A DNA stretch of 64,000 nt, taken from assembly GCA_020137815.1 (NCBI GenBank), contig CM035351.1, forward strand, positions 9,796,001 to 9,860,000, written 5' to 3'. The notes beneath the pieces are model-generated. The model did not search any database, was not told the origin of the DNA, and worked only from the letters and a program-made list of their open reading frames with translations. Shown piece after piece: positions 25,999 to 39,010 of this stretch. A program made the position numbers and the translations under genes. Every line of letters starts with the position of its first letter. The first letter of the stretch is position 1. Source of the DNA: Hormiphora californensis. Lineage: Eukaryota > Animalia > Ctenophora.

Positions 25999-26540
25999 TT
26001 AAATGCCCCCTAAAGAAGAAGAACCTCTACATTAGTCTAGTTAGATCCCTGTTCGAACACTGTAGCCAAATATGGCGACCAGTAAGTGATTCAAGTCTGC
26101 TTAAGTTTGAAAGTTTGCAGAAACGTGCCACAAAATGGATATTAGGTGAAACAGACACTAGTTATAATTTAGAAACGTATGTAAAGAAACTCAGGGAGAT
26201 TGACGTACTCCCAATGAATCAAAAATTTCAATATAATGATCTTAAGTTGTTCCATAAAATATTCTATGAAACATCTCCTATAAAATTTCCATCTTTCCTA
26301 CAAAAATACGATCCGGAATCACATTTCAGACGCACCACCAGACAACAAACGAAACGAGACAGAACGAACATTATATGCATTGAACAACCCAGAGTGGACC
26401 TGTTCAAAAACTGTTACTTCTACCGCTGCCACCTTGAGTGGAATTTACTGCCTCAAGAACTGAGAAATACAACCGAACACAATTCATTTTCCTCCAAACT
26501 GAAAGACCATCTCTGGAACGCCTTACATGACACAACTTAA
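25992..26540 (+). mobile_element. LINE (CR1/L2-group) ORF2 C-terminal region, followed by a 3' UTR to about 26890
   Basis: Open frame LVKCPLKKKNLYISLVRSLFEHCSQIWRP..LKFESLQKRATKWIL..LP..DLKLFHKI..YFYRCHLEWNLLP..FSSKLK. Confidence 0.85.
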
Positions 26541-26935
26541 TTCGCCTCTGTGGTGGGGGTCCCTTTCTCTTCCTTTATTTCTGCTTTATCTCTCCCACCT
26601 CCACACATAGCTCATTCTTTACATTGTACTCAAATATGAGGTTTGGAGTGGTGTTGAACAGTTTGAAACAGGACGGGCGCCCCCACCACAGATATGAATT
26701 CTATCTGATATAAATCTCTACCAACAGCCGACGGTATACTAAATTTTGGATGGGGATCATGGGGGAGGGGTGGGGGACTAGGAAAAATGGGCAAGGGTAA
26801 GTAATTATTTTTATCATTAATGAGTGAATTAAAATTAACCAACTAGTCTAATGTGAATAGCCTTATAGCTATTTCTATTTTTATTTAGCTATTAAAAGTA
26901 TACTATATTAGTCTGTTTGTCCGTAGTGTGCGAGA

Positions 26936-27937
26936 CCCGGTGTCCCGATTTTTTTTTCACGTCTGGAATTTTCATTTTGGGAGCTCGTTTTGCTGCAGGA
27001 ATTTTACTATTTGCTGCAGTCATGGATAGGGATTTTACCGTCCTAAAATACCCCGGCAGTCCCAGTACCCCTAACATTGGAATATTTCCCTACTGCAGTC
27101 CCTATATAAGGTTGGAATATTCCTTGGAATATTCCATCTTTGCAGTGCCTGCTGCAGTGCTGCTGCATTAGTGGAAATTCCTTGGAATATTCCATATTTG
27201 CAGTGCCTGCTGCAGTGCTGCTGCAGCAGTGGAAATTCCTTGGAATATTCCATCTTTGCAGTGCCTGCTGCAGTGCTGCTGCAGTAGTGGAAATTCCTTG
27301 GAATATTCCATCTTTGCAGTGCCTGCTGCAGTGCTGCTGCAGCAGTGGAAATTCCTTGGAATATTACATCTCTGCAGTGCCTGCTGCAGTGCTGCTGCAG
27401 CGGTGGAAATTTCTTGGAATATTCCACTCAGGGACTGCAACAGTGACTATAACGATCTCACCCCTTTGTAAAGCTATGGGGAAAAAGAGAGCTATGTTAA
27501 AGTATGAATCTCTCTTTTCTTCCCCTTCCCTGCTGCAGTGCTGCAGCGACTGCAGAGATGGAAAATTCCGAGAAAATTCCACTCAGCCACTGCAACAGTG
27601 ACTATAACGATCTCACCCCTTTGTAAAGCTATGGGGAAAAAAGAGAGCTATGTTAAAGTATGAATCTCTCTTTTCTTTTCCCTTCCCCCTTACTCGACTG
27701 TTGTCGGTGCATTACGCACAACTGGAACATGCCCCAACATATTCTATCTCTGTTACACACTGTTAACACTGCAGCACTGCTGTATCTCTGTGTGTAAGTA
27801 TGGGAAATATCTTCTGCTGCTGCAGCAGCTGCTGCTGCAGTCCCCCAATATTTTTTCATTTTGCTGCAAGGATTTTGTTTTGCTGCAGAATTTTTGCATT
27901 TATCTTTCCTTCATATTCCAGAGATCGGGACACTGGG
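26936..27937. mobile_element. Non-autonomous TIR element with 8-bp TSD
   Basis: TIR ccc(g/a)gtgtcccgat; exact TSD GTGCGAGA on both sides. Confidence 0.85.
27113..27425. repeat. 59-bp tandem repeat, about 5 copies
   Basis: Unit cttggaatattccatctttgcagtgcctgctgcagtgctgctgcagcagtggaaattc. Confidence 0.9.
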
Positions 27938-29634
27938 GTGCGAGAACTGTCTGTGTGTGAATTTTTATAGTATTTTGAGGTGTAAGCGCTCCGTCTATAT
28001 TGACACTCCGTCAATAGGAGCCAACCGGGATATTGTCTTTATATATTGTATATCGATTTTTATCCTTTTTCAAATCAAATCATGATGTAACTCGGAGAAA
28101 GGAAAGTTTTTGGTGGGATAACTGCACACCAAGTGTATCAGAACCCCCTGTTTTTTGAGGTTAACTTTTGACCGAAAATGTAAGTTAACCTCAAAAATCT
28201 TGTATTTATGTCGCCTTCACAGATGAAAATGGTACCAATCGATAGATCTGATCAAGGAGACCAAATGTTTAAAGTTTCAGAGGTCTAAGCCATATAGTTG
28301 TTCGGATATTTGAGGTTAACTTATCACCCAAAAAACAACCTTTTTGGTCTTTTTCACACCTTACTTTTTAAATCGCCACTACATTCAGCTCATAAACGGC
28401 TAAGAGTTGGGCCTTGAAATTTGGCAGGCATGATCCTTAGATAATAAACTGTGCTTTGAGTGTAACGATTTTTGATTGAGGCTTCCGTTCCCAAGATATT
28501 GAGGTTAACATATTTCACATCTGATATTTTTTAGACGTTAACCTCAATATCTTGGGAACGGAGGCTCCAATAAAAAATCGTTACACTCAAAGCACAGTTT
28601 ATTATCTAAGGATCATGCCTGCCAAATTTCAAGGCCCAACTCTTAGCCGTTTATGAGCTGAATGTAGTGGCGATTCGTAAAAATGTTCCAAGTTATTCAC
28701 CAAAAGGCTACTTTTTGGTGAAATATGTTAACCTCAAAATTTAAAGAACTACCAGGAATATCGCCATAAAATTGCTCACAAATGCTCTACTTAGTGATAC
28801 CTTACTTTTAGAACAGTTTTTATTGTTTCAATACCTGATCTCTAAGAATTAGAGAGGTTAACATTGATTTTGGACCAAAAGTTAACCTCAATTTTCTCCC
28901 TAATAGCGCGCGCAAAATCGATTCCGAGTATGTCATACCAGATACCGAAAGTGACTTTTTATACCCCCGGACCCCCCCCCCTCTGGCCTTAACTCGTTAA
29001 CCTCAAATTTATTTCCAGCCATTATGCTCTCTTTTCGGAACGAGCTAACCCGGGTGGGCGAGCTAACAATAGTGAACTTCCATGCGATATCGCGTGCATG
29101 TAATTGCACTATTGTTAGCTTGTTCGCCCGGGTTTGGTACAGTCTGCGACGCGCAGTGTTGAGACGAACACGTTCCGAAAATGCAGGATTAGGTGTAGAG
29201 GTCTGAAACTTGAGCTGACCTTGTAACTAGATCTATCATTCAGTAGGGTATACACTGGCTATTTGAAACAGCTGCTAACTTGAAACAGTGTCTGACAATC
29301 TGAAACACGTGCACTGGTTATTTGAAACGGGTTCCCCCGATCATGTGTTTGATATTTTACATTGCGTGTTATCTGCTCTCTGATTGGGTGATATCGTGTG
29401 ACGTGTGCTGCTGCAGCAGAGGAGATGTATCTTACACACACTGCAGTGTGTGAAGGGTCTTCATGATTAGATAATAGATAAAATTATGTTGTGTGTAGCG
29501 GTGCCGTTTGTACACTGTACCCAGACAGACAGACAGAGGGAGAGATAGAGCCGTTAATTGTAGTATTGAACCTAAATACACACTTTTCACTTGTCAGAGT
29601 ACTACAATTGATTCTTTTTTACATTGAAAAGATC

Positions 29635-29691
29635 GAGAGACAGAAAGAGAGAGAGAGTGAGGGAGAGAAAGAGAGAGAGTGAGGGAGAGAA

Positions 29692-29764
<73 letters not shown>

Positions 29765-29781
29765 AAGAGAGAGAGAGAGAG
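29635..29781. repeat. (GA)n microsatellite
   Basis: Direct observation. Confidence 0.95.
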
Positions 29782-29826
29782 TTCAACTTACCCCTATGTA
29801 CATTGTTCTACCTACCTTTACTCCGC

Positions 29827-30200
29827 GGTAGGCGGTAAATGTTAACCAGATCTGTGAGAATTTCGCACGTTTTTGCCCATAACTCAGCCATTTCTTGACC
29901 AATTTGCAAAATCTTTGGCTCATTGGAAAGAGGACATTGAGAGATCTCTCAAATGAGCTCAAGAAAATGAAAATTGGCGAAAATTGCGCGGCGTGGTGGC
30001 AAAAATGCGCATTTTGCGCCATGACGCCGCGCATTTTGCGCCGATTTTAGTTTTTTTGGGCTCATTTGAAAGAGCTCAATGTCCTCTTTCCAACGCGCCC
30101 AAGATTTTGCAAATTGGTCAAGAAATGACTGAGTTATGGACAAAAACGTGGTTTTGCACGTACGTTTTCTCTCAGATATGGTTAACATTTACCGCCTACC
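29827..30200. mobile_element. Palindromic MITE with 9-bp TSD (MULE/Merlin-like)
   Basis: TIR ggtaggcggtaaatgttaacca; exact TSD TTACTCCGC. Confidence 0.88.
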
Positions 30201-30478
30201 TTACTCCGCAGGCCCTCTTCAACAAGATCCGGGGCCCGGGGGATTCAACCCTGCTATCGCATGGGACCTTACGGCAATATTATCATTCAATATGTAACAC
30301 AGAATGCATTTTTAAACCTCTGGTACCTTGTTTAAATAAGCAACACCAATGAAGCAGGTCGAAACCGGCAATATTATTGCTGGGCAAGTGATTCTGGTAA
30401 CTTGAAACACCGCGGAGGGCTATTTAAAACACTTTTCTCAAAATCCACTGTCGGAAATTTTGAGCATAGGGAGGATAT

Positions 30479-31263
30479 GAGGGACCTGGTTCCATAATGG
30501 TATAAGTGCAGATATACCAAAATGGAGATAACAGTGGGAGCATGTTTGGGATGGTCTAATGTACCTCCTGACCAATTTTGGTGAAGATCTGACCTCGGGA
30601 ACACAAAAAAAAACTTTGGTACATCTTAACTTATACCACCACTTTTGCAGTTTTTTGGCCTCCTTGGGATATCTTAAGATAGTACAAAGGCTATCCGATG
30701 CATTGGGGGTATATCTGCAGATATACCGATGCTTTGGGGGTATATCTGCAGATGTACCACCCTTAGACAGTTACCATGTATGGTATATCTGCAGATATTA
30801 TACCAATTATTAATAGAAGTTTTGGTATATCTGCAGATGTACCAATTAGAAATAGAAATTTTGGTATATCTGCAAAAATGCACCTTCAAAAAAATATAAA
30901 ACTAGGTACATCTGCAGATATACCAGCCAATATTTTTTATAAACGGTGGTATATCTGCATATGTACCACTTATCTAAAACAATAATGGTATATCTGCAGA
31001 TATACCACTTATAATAATAGGAGGTTGGTATATCTGAGACTAAACTTTTTCTACGGGCCGAGAATTTTTGCTGTTTTGTTGGAATCTGTTACTTTTTACT
31101 AGAAGTTGAGGATAATTGCTTGAGGTTTCTAAAATGCATAGGGTTGACGGGGTAAGATTGTATATTCAATGGAGTGCAACTGCTTGAAGTTTAAAAAACA
31201 GTTTTTTGCGATTATCTCAAAATGCACTTTCTGCAGATATACCATTATGGAACCAGGTCCCTC
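30479..31263. mobile_element. Sola-like MITE (GAG..CTC termini, ATAT TSD)
   Basis: 25-bp TIR gagggacctggttccataatggtat. The host gagg-atat|gaattatgag is intact at about 53721. Internal ggtatatctgcagatatacc palindromes. Confidence 0.8.
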
Positions 31264-32449
31264 ATATGAATTATGAGTTTAGCCAATTCCGCCAAAAATT
31301 GGTCGAATTTGGGGCAAAAACTGTTTTCCTGGCTATTTGAAATAATTTTTGGAAACATTCACTGCACCAAGCACATGTAACAAAATTCAGATTTAAGACA
31401 TGGAATGGCTCTGTACAACCCTTGTCTAACTATTCCTTGTCGAAAATCTCGGTTTCGTGGACGAATTGAGGGAGATACGGCTGTTTCAAATTAGCAGACT
31501 GAGGCGGGCTAATTGAAACAGCAAATTTGGATAGATATCACGTGACCTTGACCCCGGAAGACAAAATGAGACATCTCAACCCACTTCAAAAACGACCCTG
31601 GGACTGTCTCGGTAACATAGGGTGAAAAAATTTTGGGTTCGACTTGATTTGTGGACATGCAAAGGAAAAAAGTGAAAAACTGTTTCAAATAGCCAGTGTC
31701 TACCTTACTAAATTAAGCTTCGTAGCTATTGTGGTTCATGGATAAATGAGGTTAACATCAGATTTTGGACAAAAATTAACCTCTTTTTTTTTCTCCAAAA
31801 CAGCTTGCACAAAATCCATTCTGAGCACATCATCTGGTCCGGCTCTTCGAGCCGGACCAGATGCCGAAAGTGACTTTTATATCTCCGGACCCCCCCTCTG
31901 GCCTTAATCAGTATGTATAAAACAGAATAGAAACAATCGTGGTGTTTTACTAACACATTCTGAATATAAGCAGTGAGGTTGACATGTTCATGCACAGAAG
32001 CAGGGTAATACAAGCCAGCATATTAAAAATTTTAAGAAATTGTTAGTAAAACACAAGGATTTTTTTATCGTGTTTGATAAATATTGATCCAGCATGAATT
32101 CTCCCAACATAACAAAAATATCTCAATGATGGGTGGGTCGATTTTGAGCAGCAAAACGCAAAATGCTCAGAAAGCTAATCTCTACTACCTACAGTACCTA
32201 CAACAAACTTGGTCAAATCTGATCAGGTCCACTCTCACTTTAACAACTGCCTTGGTTATCATAGCAACTGTCTTGGTTATCATAGCAAGTGCTTTGATTA
32301 CCATAGCAACCACCCTAGATGACATAGCAACTAACAACGTATTAGCCAAAAATCGAGGGCAAAATTTATCGGGAAATCCAGTTTTGGAGCCTAGTGATTT
32401 ATTTTACATGGCAGGTAAACACCGCATTAATGAATACATTATAATATGT

Positions 32450-33002
32450 ATAGATAACCCCGGCTTGTGGAGGGCTGGTATATCAATATCGATATTCACG
32501 AGGAGCAACGTGACGAGGGGTATATCGTGTGATAATCCCCGTAGGGGATTATCAAATTTCATCACTTTACTAGCCGGGGGTATCTGTTATAAACCGACCC
32601 TGGGAATTATGAAAGGTGTGAATGGGCACTGAAAACAGAGGGAGGGAAGTATCTGATATACCATGACAGTAGACTGCGGGAAATATCAGCAGGGGGGGGG
32701 GGGTGGTTTATAATATAGATAACCCCGGCTAGTAGAGGGATGAAATCTGATATACCAGCCTGTCAGGCTGGTATATCATATCGATATCCACAAGGAGTGA
32801 AACGACGAGGGAAATATCGTGTGATAATCCCCGTAGGGGATTATCAAATTTCATCACTTTACTAGCCGTGGTTATTTGTTATAAACCGACCCCCGGAATT
32901 ATGAAAGGTGTGAATGGGCACTGATACTGACAACAGCGGGAGGGAATTATTTGATATACCATAGTAGACTGCGGGAAATATCAACAGGGAGGTGGTTTAT
33001 AA
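32450..33002. repeat. Tandem duplication of a unit of about 270 bp
   Basis: tagataaccccggc...gggaaatatca...ggtggtttataat occurs twice. Confidence 0.8.
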
Positions 33003-33175
33003 TGCAATAATTCTTGTTCTCCCAGACCGTTCCCGCAAATCGATTCTATCATATCCATCTGGTCCAGTATGTCCCCCCCTCTCTGGCCTTAAATCGGCAT
33101 GTCGAATTTCCTCTGCCGTTTTCAGAAAATTTTGATCCTTATCGTGCCTTCTTGTAGGAAGATATATGACGAGAA

Positions 33176-33571
33176 ATGTCCGATCGTGAGACGAATTATA
33201 CTGGTATAATTTTCACTGTTGTTGGTCTCTTTGCAACAACTGTTCTTCTGTCTGTATGTATGTCTTGTTACAAGTGCTTTGTGAGGCGTCGACGAAAGGC
33301 TCTTACTTCACAAGCAGCAGTTCAATACGAAGCAGGTGTGTTACCACTGGTGCCTAATGGTGGGGCTGCATTGAATCGAGGCTCTGTTAGTAAGCAAGGT
33401 GCACCCCGAAACAATGGAAGGAAATACCCCAAGCATATCACGAGTACTGTTCAAAATCTCGAACAGGAACCGCCAGGGCCAAGCAAAGAAAGCTCAGACT
33501 TTAATTTGATGAAACGTCATAGTATGTATTATAGTGTCGAGAGCATGGCATCTCTTGCCAGCGCTGTTTAG
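33176..33571 (+). CDS. Small single-pass (type III-like) membrane protein, 131 aa, paralog 1
   Basis: MSDRETNYTGII, then TM, CMSC and RRRRK. Acceptor cttgtag about 18 nt upstream. Homologous at both ends to 47566..48045. Confidence 0.8.
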   Translation: MSDRETNYTGIIFTVVGLFATTVLLSVCMSCYKCFVRRRRKALTSQAAVQYEAGVLPLVPNGGAALNRGSVSKQGAPRNNGRKYPKHITSTVQNLEQEPPGPSKESSDFNLMKRHSMYYSVESMASLASAV

Positions 33572-33880
33572 GAATATCCCTGATAGGTTTGGATTGGACA
33601 TGAATATTAATATAATGATTAGTGCAATATATAGATATTTTTACAACGTATGTATGATATAGAAATTAGAAAGTACAATAGTATTTTCATTGTACCACTA
33701 CGGTGTTACTATGAGCCTTTACGTTACATGTAAACAAGAGTGTGACTATTTACGGAGTTCCACTCTTATCTTTACTTAAACAACTGCATCTTTCACGCGT
33801 GTCGTGTTAGAGATGCAGTCGATCTAGTAGAGATATGAGTGTCAGGGGTAGTGTTATTAGCATATATATTTCAAAAGTAA

Positions 33881-33950
<70 letters not shown>

Positions 33951-33966
33951 CTGTTTGTTGCTAAAC

Positions 33967-34613
33967 TAGGAAATTCACGTATAGATAAAGAATGTAGAGG
34001 GTGATGCTCAACCTCTACCTTCTTCATCTGGTGGGCGGACTCTTGTGCTAACGGACTCTTTATCTAAATCCAAGGCGGACTCTATATCTAAAAACGGACT
34101 CTTTATCTACAGTTAGATTTTGAAAAAAGTTTAGATAAAGAGTCCTCCCTGTGTAGACTTGTTAGATAAAGAGTCCGCCCTGTGAAGAATTTTTAGATAT
34201 AGAGTCCTCTAGTACATTTTGGCGCCAAATCCTCCAACCCCTACTCTATGTCTGAAATCCTAACCCAACCCAAAACCTAACCCTAACACTAACCCTAACC
34301 TCGAACCCAAATAACGGCCCTAACACATCTAAATTAGTATAGGGGTAGAGCAAACTCTCGTTTCCGGCCTGACGGCCGAAATCTCGAGTTCGCAGCGAAA
34401 GGCGGACTCTATATCTAATTTAGATTTATGTAGATATAGAGTCCACTTTGTTTAGACTTTTTAGATAAAGAGTCCGCCCTGTGTAGACTTTTTAGATAAA
34501 GAGTCCTCCTAGAGTTTAGAATTATTTGGACTCTATCTAAATTTAAATTTAGATATAGAGTCCTCTTTAGACGCTAGAGTCCGCACACCCTTTATCTATA
34601 CGTGAATTTCCTA
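33967..34613. mobile_element. Nested MITEs: taggaaattcacg-ended element containing a GGTGGGCGGACTCT element (34030..34589)
   Basis: Two TIR pairs. The inner element is an inverted relative of 63356..63935. Confidence 0.7.
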
Positions 34614-35970
34614 CATAACAGGTGATACAATCCTTCTTTTTCTGTCCTATAGCTCATGGTACAATGCGAGAGTACCACTTACAGTGCAGTACTCATCATG
34701 CTTGTGAGTTCGTAAACTTAGCACACTCCCTTCGGTCGTGCACTAAGCAATCCTCTAACACTCCCTACGGTCGTGTCAAAGGTAATCTAAAAACACTCCC
34801 TGTGGTCGTGTTTTTAGAATAACAAACTCCGTTTGCCCTGCAGGCTCACGAGCTACTAGATACACTCGGGCTACGCCCTCGATGTATCTATTCACAGAGT
34901 ACCACGCCACCGCATGGTACTATCCTCCATAATGAATACCTTATTTCCGGAATTTAAGGAAACCTTCGATTAACGTGCAAGTGGGCAAATTTTCGCAAGC
35001 GTAGATTTAGGATTCCGCTTATTTTTTTGACATTTCTCCAAAATTGTTAGACTGTATGAAGGGCCCTTCGGGGTATCTGATAGGGTGTAAAATATATCAA
35101 TAGTGGCCTTAGATAGCTGAGAGGATAAGGTTGTATTTGGGTCTCTCATTCATGAAATTTTGGCTTTAATTAACTAATTAGCTAAATAACTCCGAAATTA
35201 AATCATCTGCTACCAACTGTGAGTCCCCTCTGAGGAGTGAGGTTATATATTAGAGCGACCTTATTGGGACCGAAAATATGTATTTTGATGACACTTGATA
35301 AAAGAAAATGTCATGATGCACGGTTTTTCTTCAAAATAAATATAATGTGCAACATCAATGTATGTCATTAATTCAATAATCAAGAGTCATTTATCATTTA
35401 TTTGACCAAACTAGATCTCTAATAGCATTCTACAATGAATAGGAAGATATTTTTAGACATTTGTAGACATTTGCGACCAACCACGGTCCACGACCCTCTG
35501 GGACAAATTTTCGACTTTTGACCAATTTTACCCAATTTTGGCATGTTCCTGATAACTAAGCACTATTTTATGGCCAGGATCGCTCAGCGATTCGAAAATG
35601 GTGAGAATCCTGAATCGGTGTGTATCATGACAGCAGTCGACTGGAAGCCAATTTTCATTTTTTTGACCTTAGAATGAACAATGAATGTTCATTTTGGGCA
35701 TTGTCCCCACTACTTACCTATGAACTAGATCTTGTTCAGCGGGTCAAAATTAGTCGGTTACAACCGGAATTTGCTTTTAGCCAATTATAGTGAGTCAAAA
35801 AATTAAGATTCGTCCCTATACTGTATACTAGTATTAGAACCTCCATTATCACAAATCAAAGGAGGTGAGTTTGCCTCCTGATCAAAACTAATCGGAGGTT
35901 TCCTTAAGTTCCGGCCCGAGAGAGAGGGCGAGCGAGGTAGAGAGATAGAGAGTGAAATTGAGAGTGAGAG

Positions 35971-36340
<370 letters not shown>

Positions 36341-38968
36341 TGCATGCTTGCATGTTCAGGATTACTGGCTCAATTAATACTGGGTTACTATACATTCCAA
36401 ATTCAGTTGCTTTGCTTTCTCTGAAGATTACTAGAGTCGATAAATACGTCGACCACCTCCCCTCCCAATTGTTCCAATTTTTGTTACATTCGTTTCTCTC
36501 GATATGACCTCTGAACACTCCTTGTTCATATATAAATAATAATAATTGTTGTTATTGTGTTGTTACGAAATCGGGAGAAACTTTTCAAATGCCGATTACC
36601 GATATCAACACGTCATATCAATAACAAGAATAACTGCATTATGTTTCATAATGCTATGACCTATGTTTCCCCGCCAACCTTTTTTTCATAACCATCTAAT
36701 GTGAAGGCGGGACAGACATTTCCGATTATTTATGAATCACTCAAACCGTATAGAACAAATCCTTGTGTTTTAGTAGCACTAAATTGCACGCCACATTACA
36801 CGGCTCAAATTTCCTGAAAACTTGTCATTGTATTTGATGAAGGAACAAACTGAGCGTGTTGCAGCCGGTTTTGTGACCGTGACACATCACTAGTATGTAA
36901 AATTGTCGAATACTAAACCCTCATTTTGCAAAAGGCATCTGCCTCTGGGCGAATGCCTTCGGCATTCACCTTGGCGGGGAAAAATAGTTTCAAAAAGACG
37001 TCAACTGTCATGGGTCCAAACAAATCTAATAAAAACTGGAACAATTCGGATCGGTCGATGAAGTTATCAAATATATATTTACTAGATGGCATGGGAGGAT
37101 TCAGGATAAATGGTTCGGACGTATCATATAATGCCTGAAACCCAATTTAAGGCCAAGGGGGGGGGGTCGACCCATTTTTGACCCCTATTTTGGGCCTTTT
37201 TGGGGTTACCATCATGTGGAAGCTCTTGGAATGCCGGACCAGATGGATACGACAGAATTTAATTTGTACAAACTGGTCTGGGAGAAAAATGAGGTTAACT
37301 TTTGGTCTTATGTCAGTGTTAACACATTTTGGATCGAAAAAAAATCCACGTTAACCTCCATAATTTTTGAACGGGGACCTAAATCAAAAATCGCTACATA
37401 AGTTTCAGGCTCCTAGGTCTGTAGAACAAGTGTACCAAACGACAAGGTCTAGATCATAGCCGTTATTTCAGGAATTGGCTTGTCCTGTGAAACAATGGGG
37501 TTTAGAGGAGAGCCATAATAGCCATTTTTACAGATTTAGTTAACCTCAAATAATTCAAAGATCAGTTGAATTTATGGTGTAAAAATTTGTAGAGTGATCC
37601 CTCTTGATAAGACAAAGCGTTTGACACTTAGTCAGATGTCCCTACCCCTACCAGTCTTAAAAAATCGAGGTTAACGCTGACATAAAACCAAAAGTTAACC
37701 TCCAACAATTGTTCGAGGACATCAAAATCAATACTGAAGCCCCACTCCAATCCCTGAACAACAAAAAAAAGTTAGCCTCATTTTTCTCCCAGACCAGTTT
37801 GTACAAATTAATTTCTGTCATATCCATCTGGTCCGGCATTCCAAGAGCTTTCACATGATGGTGACACCAAAAAAAGCCCAAAATTGGGGTCAAAAATGGG
37901 TCGACCCCCCCACCCTGGCTTTAAGAAACCCTACCCCCCCCCCCCCCCCAATAATCAATATACCCCTACATCCATCTCCTTCCCAATTGAAAGTTTTCCA
38001 GAAAATTGATTTAGTGGAAGCTCGTACGGTATTTCCCACGGACTGTGGGAAAGTTTTCGACCGTGGGAAAAGAGAGATCTACATAGATATATTTACTAAG
38101 AGAGAGAAATTTCTCTCTCTTACTTTTTCTTTCCCACGGTCGAAAACTTTCCCAAGGTCCATGGGGAAATACCGTAAGAGCTTCCACTAATTCATACACG
38201 AGAAAATTGTTTTTTTTTCGTCAGTAATCTCAATTTTTTGTAGTTAGGTGGCACCCTTGTTGGGACAGCTCTGCTTCCCAGATGTTCGAGACAGGGAGGA
38301 CTCATGGTTTTAACACACGTCCTCCCTGTGTCGAACAGCTGGGAAGCAGAGCTGTCCCAACAAGGGTGCCACCCAAAATACTAAGTGGCAAGTTTGAAAA
38401 ATACCCCCTCCCCCCAGTGGCATTATATACGTCCGAACCATTTATCCTGACCCCCTCCCCTGGCCTGGATGGCATGTTATGAGATTTTCTAGCATATTTA
38501 TGTGTTTTGTGGTTTGTTTTCTCACTCTACGTTCGATACAAAGGGGTGGCGGAACCGGAGGCTGGGGGCAGCTCCCTGATATTCGTACATGAGATAATTG
38601 CCAAACTGAGCTCAAAAGACTGAATATTTCGCCCGAAACTCTGTCTGTTGCTTTCCCAAATTAGAAATATGATACAAACAATGAAAAAAATCGATTTTTG
38701 GCTGTCGCTCAGCCTGAAGTACGGAATTTGCATCGAAAAAAATAGCAACAGAGATCAGTACCTTCAGCGTTCACCCAGCCGGGGAAAAAATCATTCCGCC
38801 ACCTCTAAGTTGAAGTTGAGTTGAATAAGACTAGTTAGATTTAGAAGTTTGTCTTCTGGTAGAGTGCTCGATCCGGGGATACGGAGAGCTGAACTATTGT
38901 GACAAGTAAAACAAGGTTTTACAAAATCAACAAATGTTTCACGCAGAAGCTGCGTTGTTTACATTTTT

Positions 38969-39010
38969 AATCCTGACGAATGCAGCTTCTGCGTGAAACA
39001 TTTGTTGATT
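38969..39010 (+). ncRNA. Candidate minimal type I hammerhead ribozyme
   Basis: aatc-CTGACGA-atgcag(ctt)ctgcgt-GAAA-catttg-TT-gatt: intact core, 6-bp stem II, 4-bp stem I and a short stem III. Confidence 0.55.

Larger units (their letters stand above)
25419..28988. mobile_element. TTAA-flanked GGCCAGAGGGGGG element (Kolobok-like), host to the SL retrocopy and other inserts
   Basis: ttaa-ggccagaggggg ... ccccctctggcc-ttaa. Family termini also occur near 23999, 24853, 31903, 33088, 37151, 37920 and 40099, so the pairing of these particular ends is inferred. Confidence 0.5.
29246..31705. mobile_element. TA-flanked GGGTA..CACTGGCTATTTGAAAC element with nested inserts
   Basis: Inverted termini. 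The right part is collinear with the second copy at 53034..54188. Confidence 0.75.

Noticed and set aside
27113-27425. CRISPR-like array
   Set aside because: These are head-to-tail tandem units with no unique spacers, and there are no cas genes. The same applies to 8930-9390 and 20165-21376.
32084-32632. 182-aa ORF with a hydrophobic stretch
   Set aside because: It spans a TE terminus, a 21-bp ttaccatagcaac-type repeat and the 270-bp duplication. There is no coherent protein signal.
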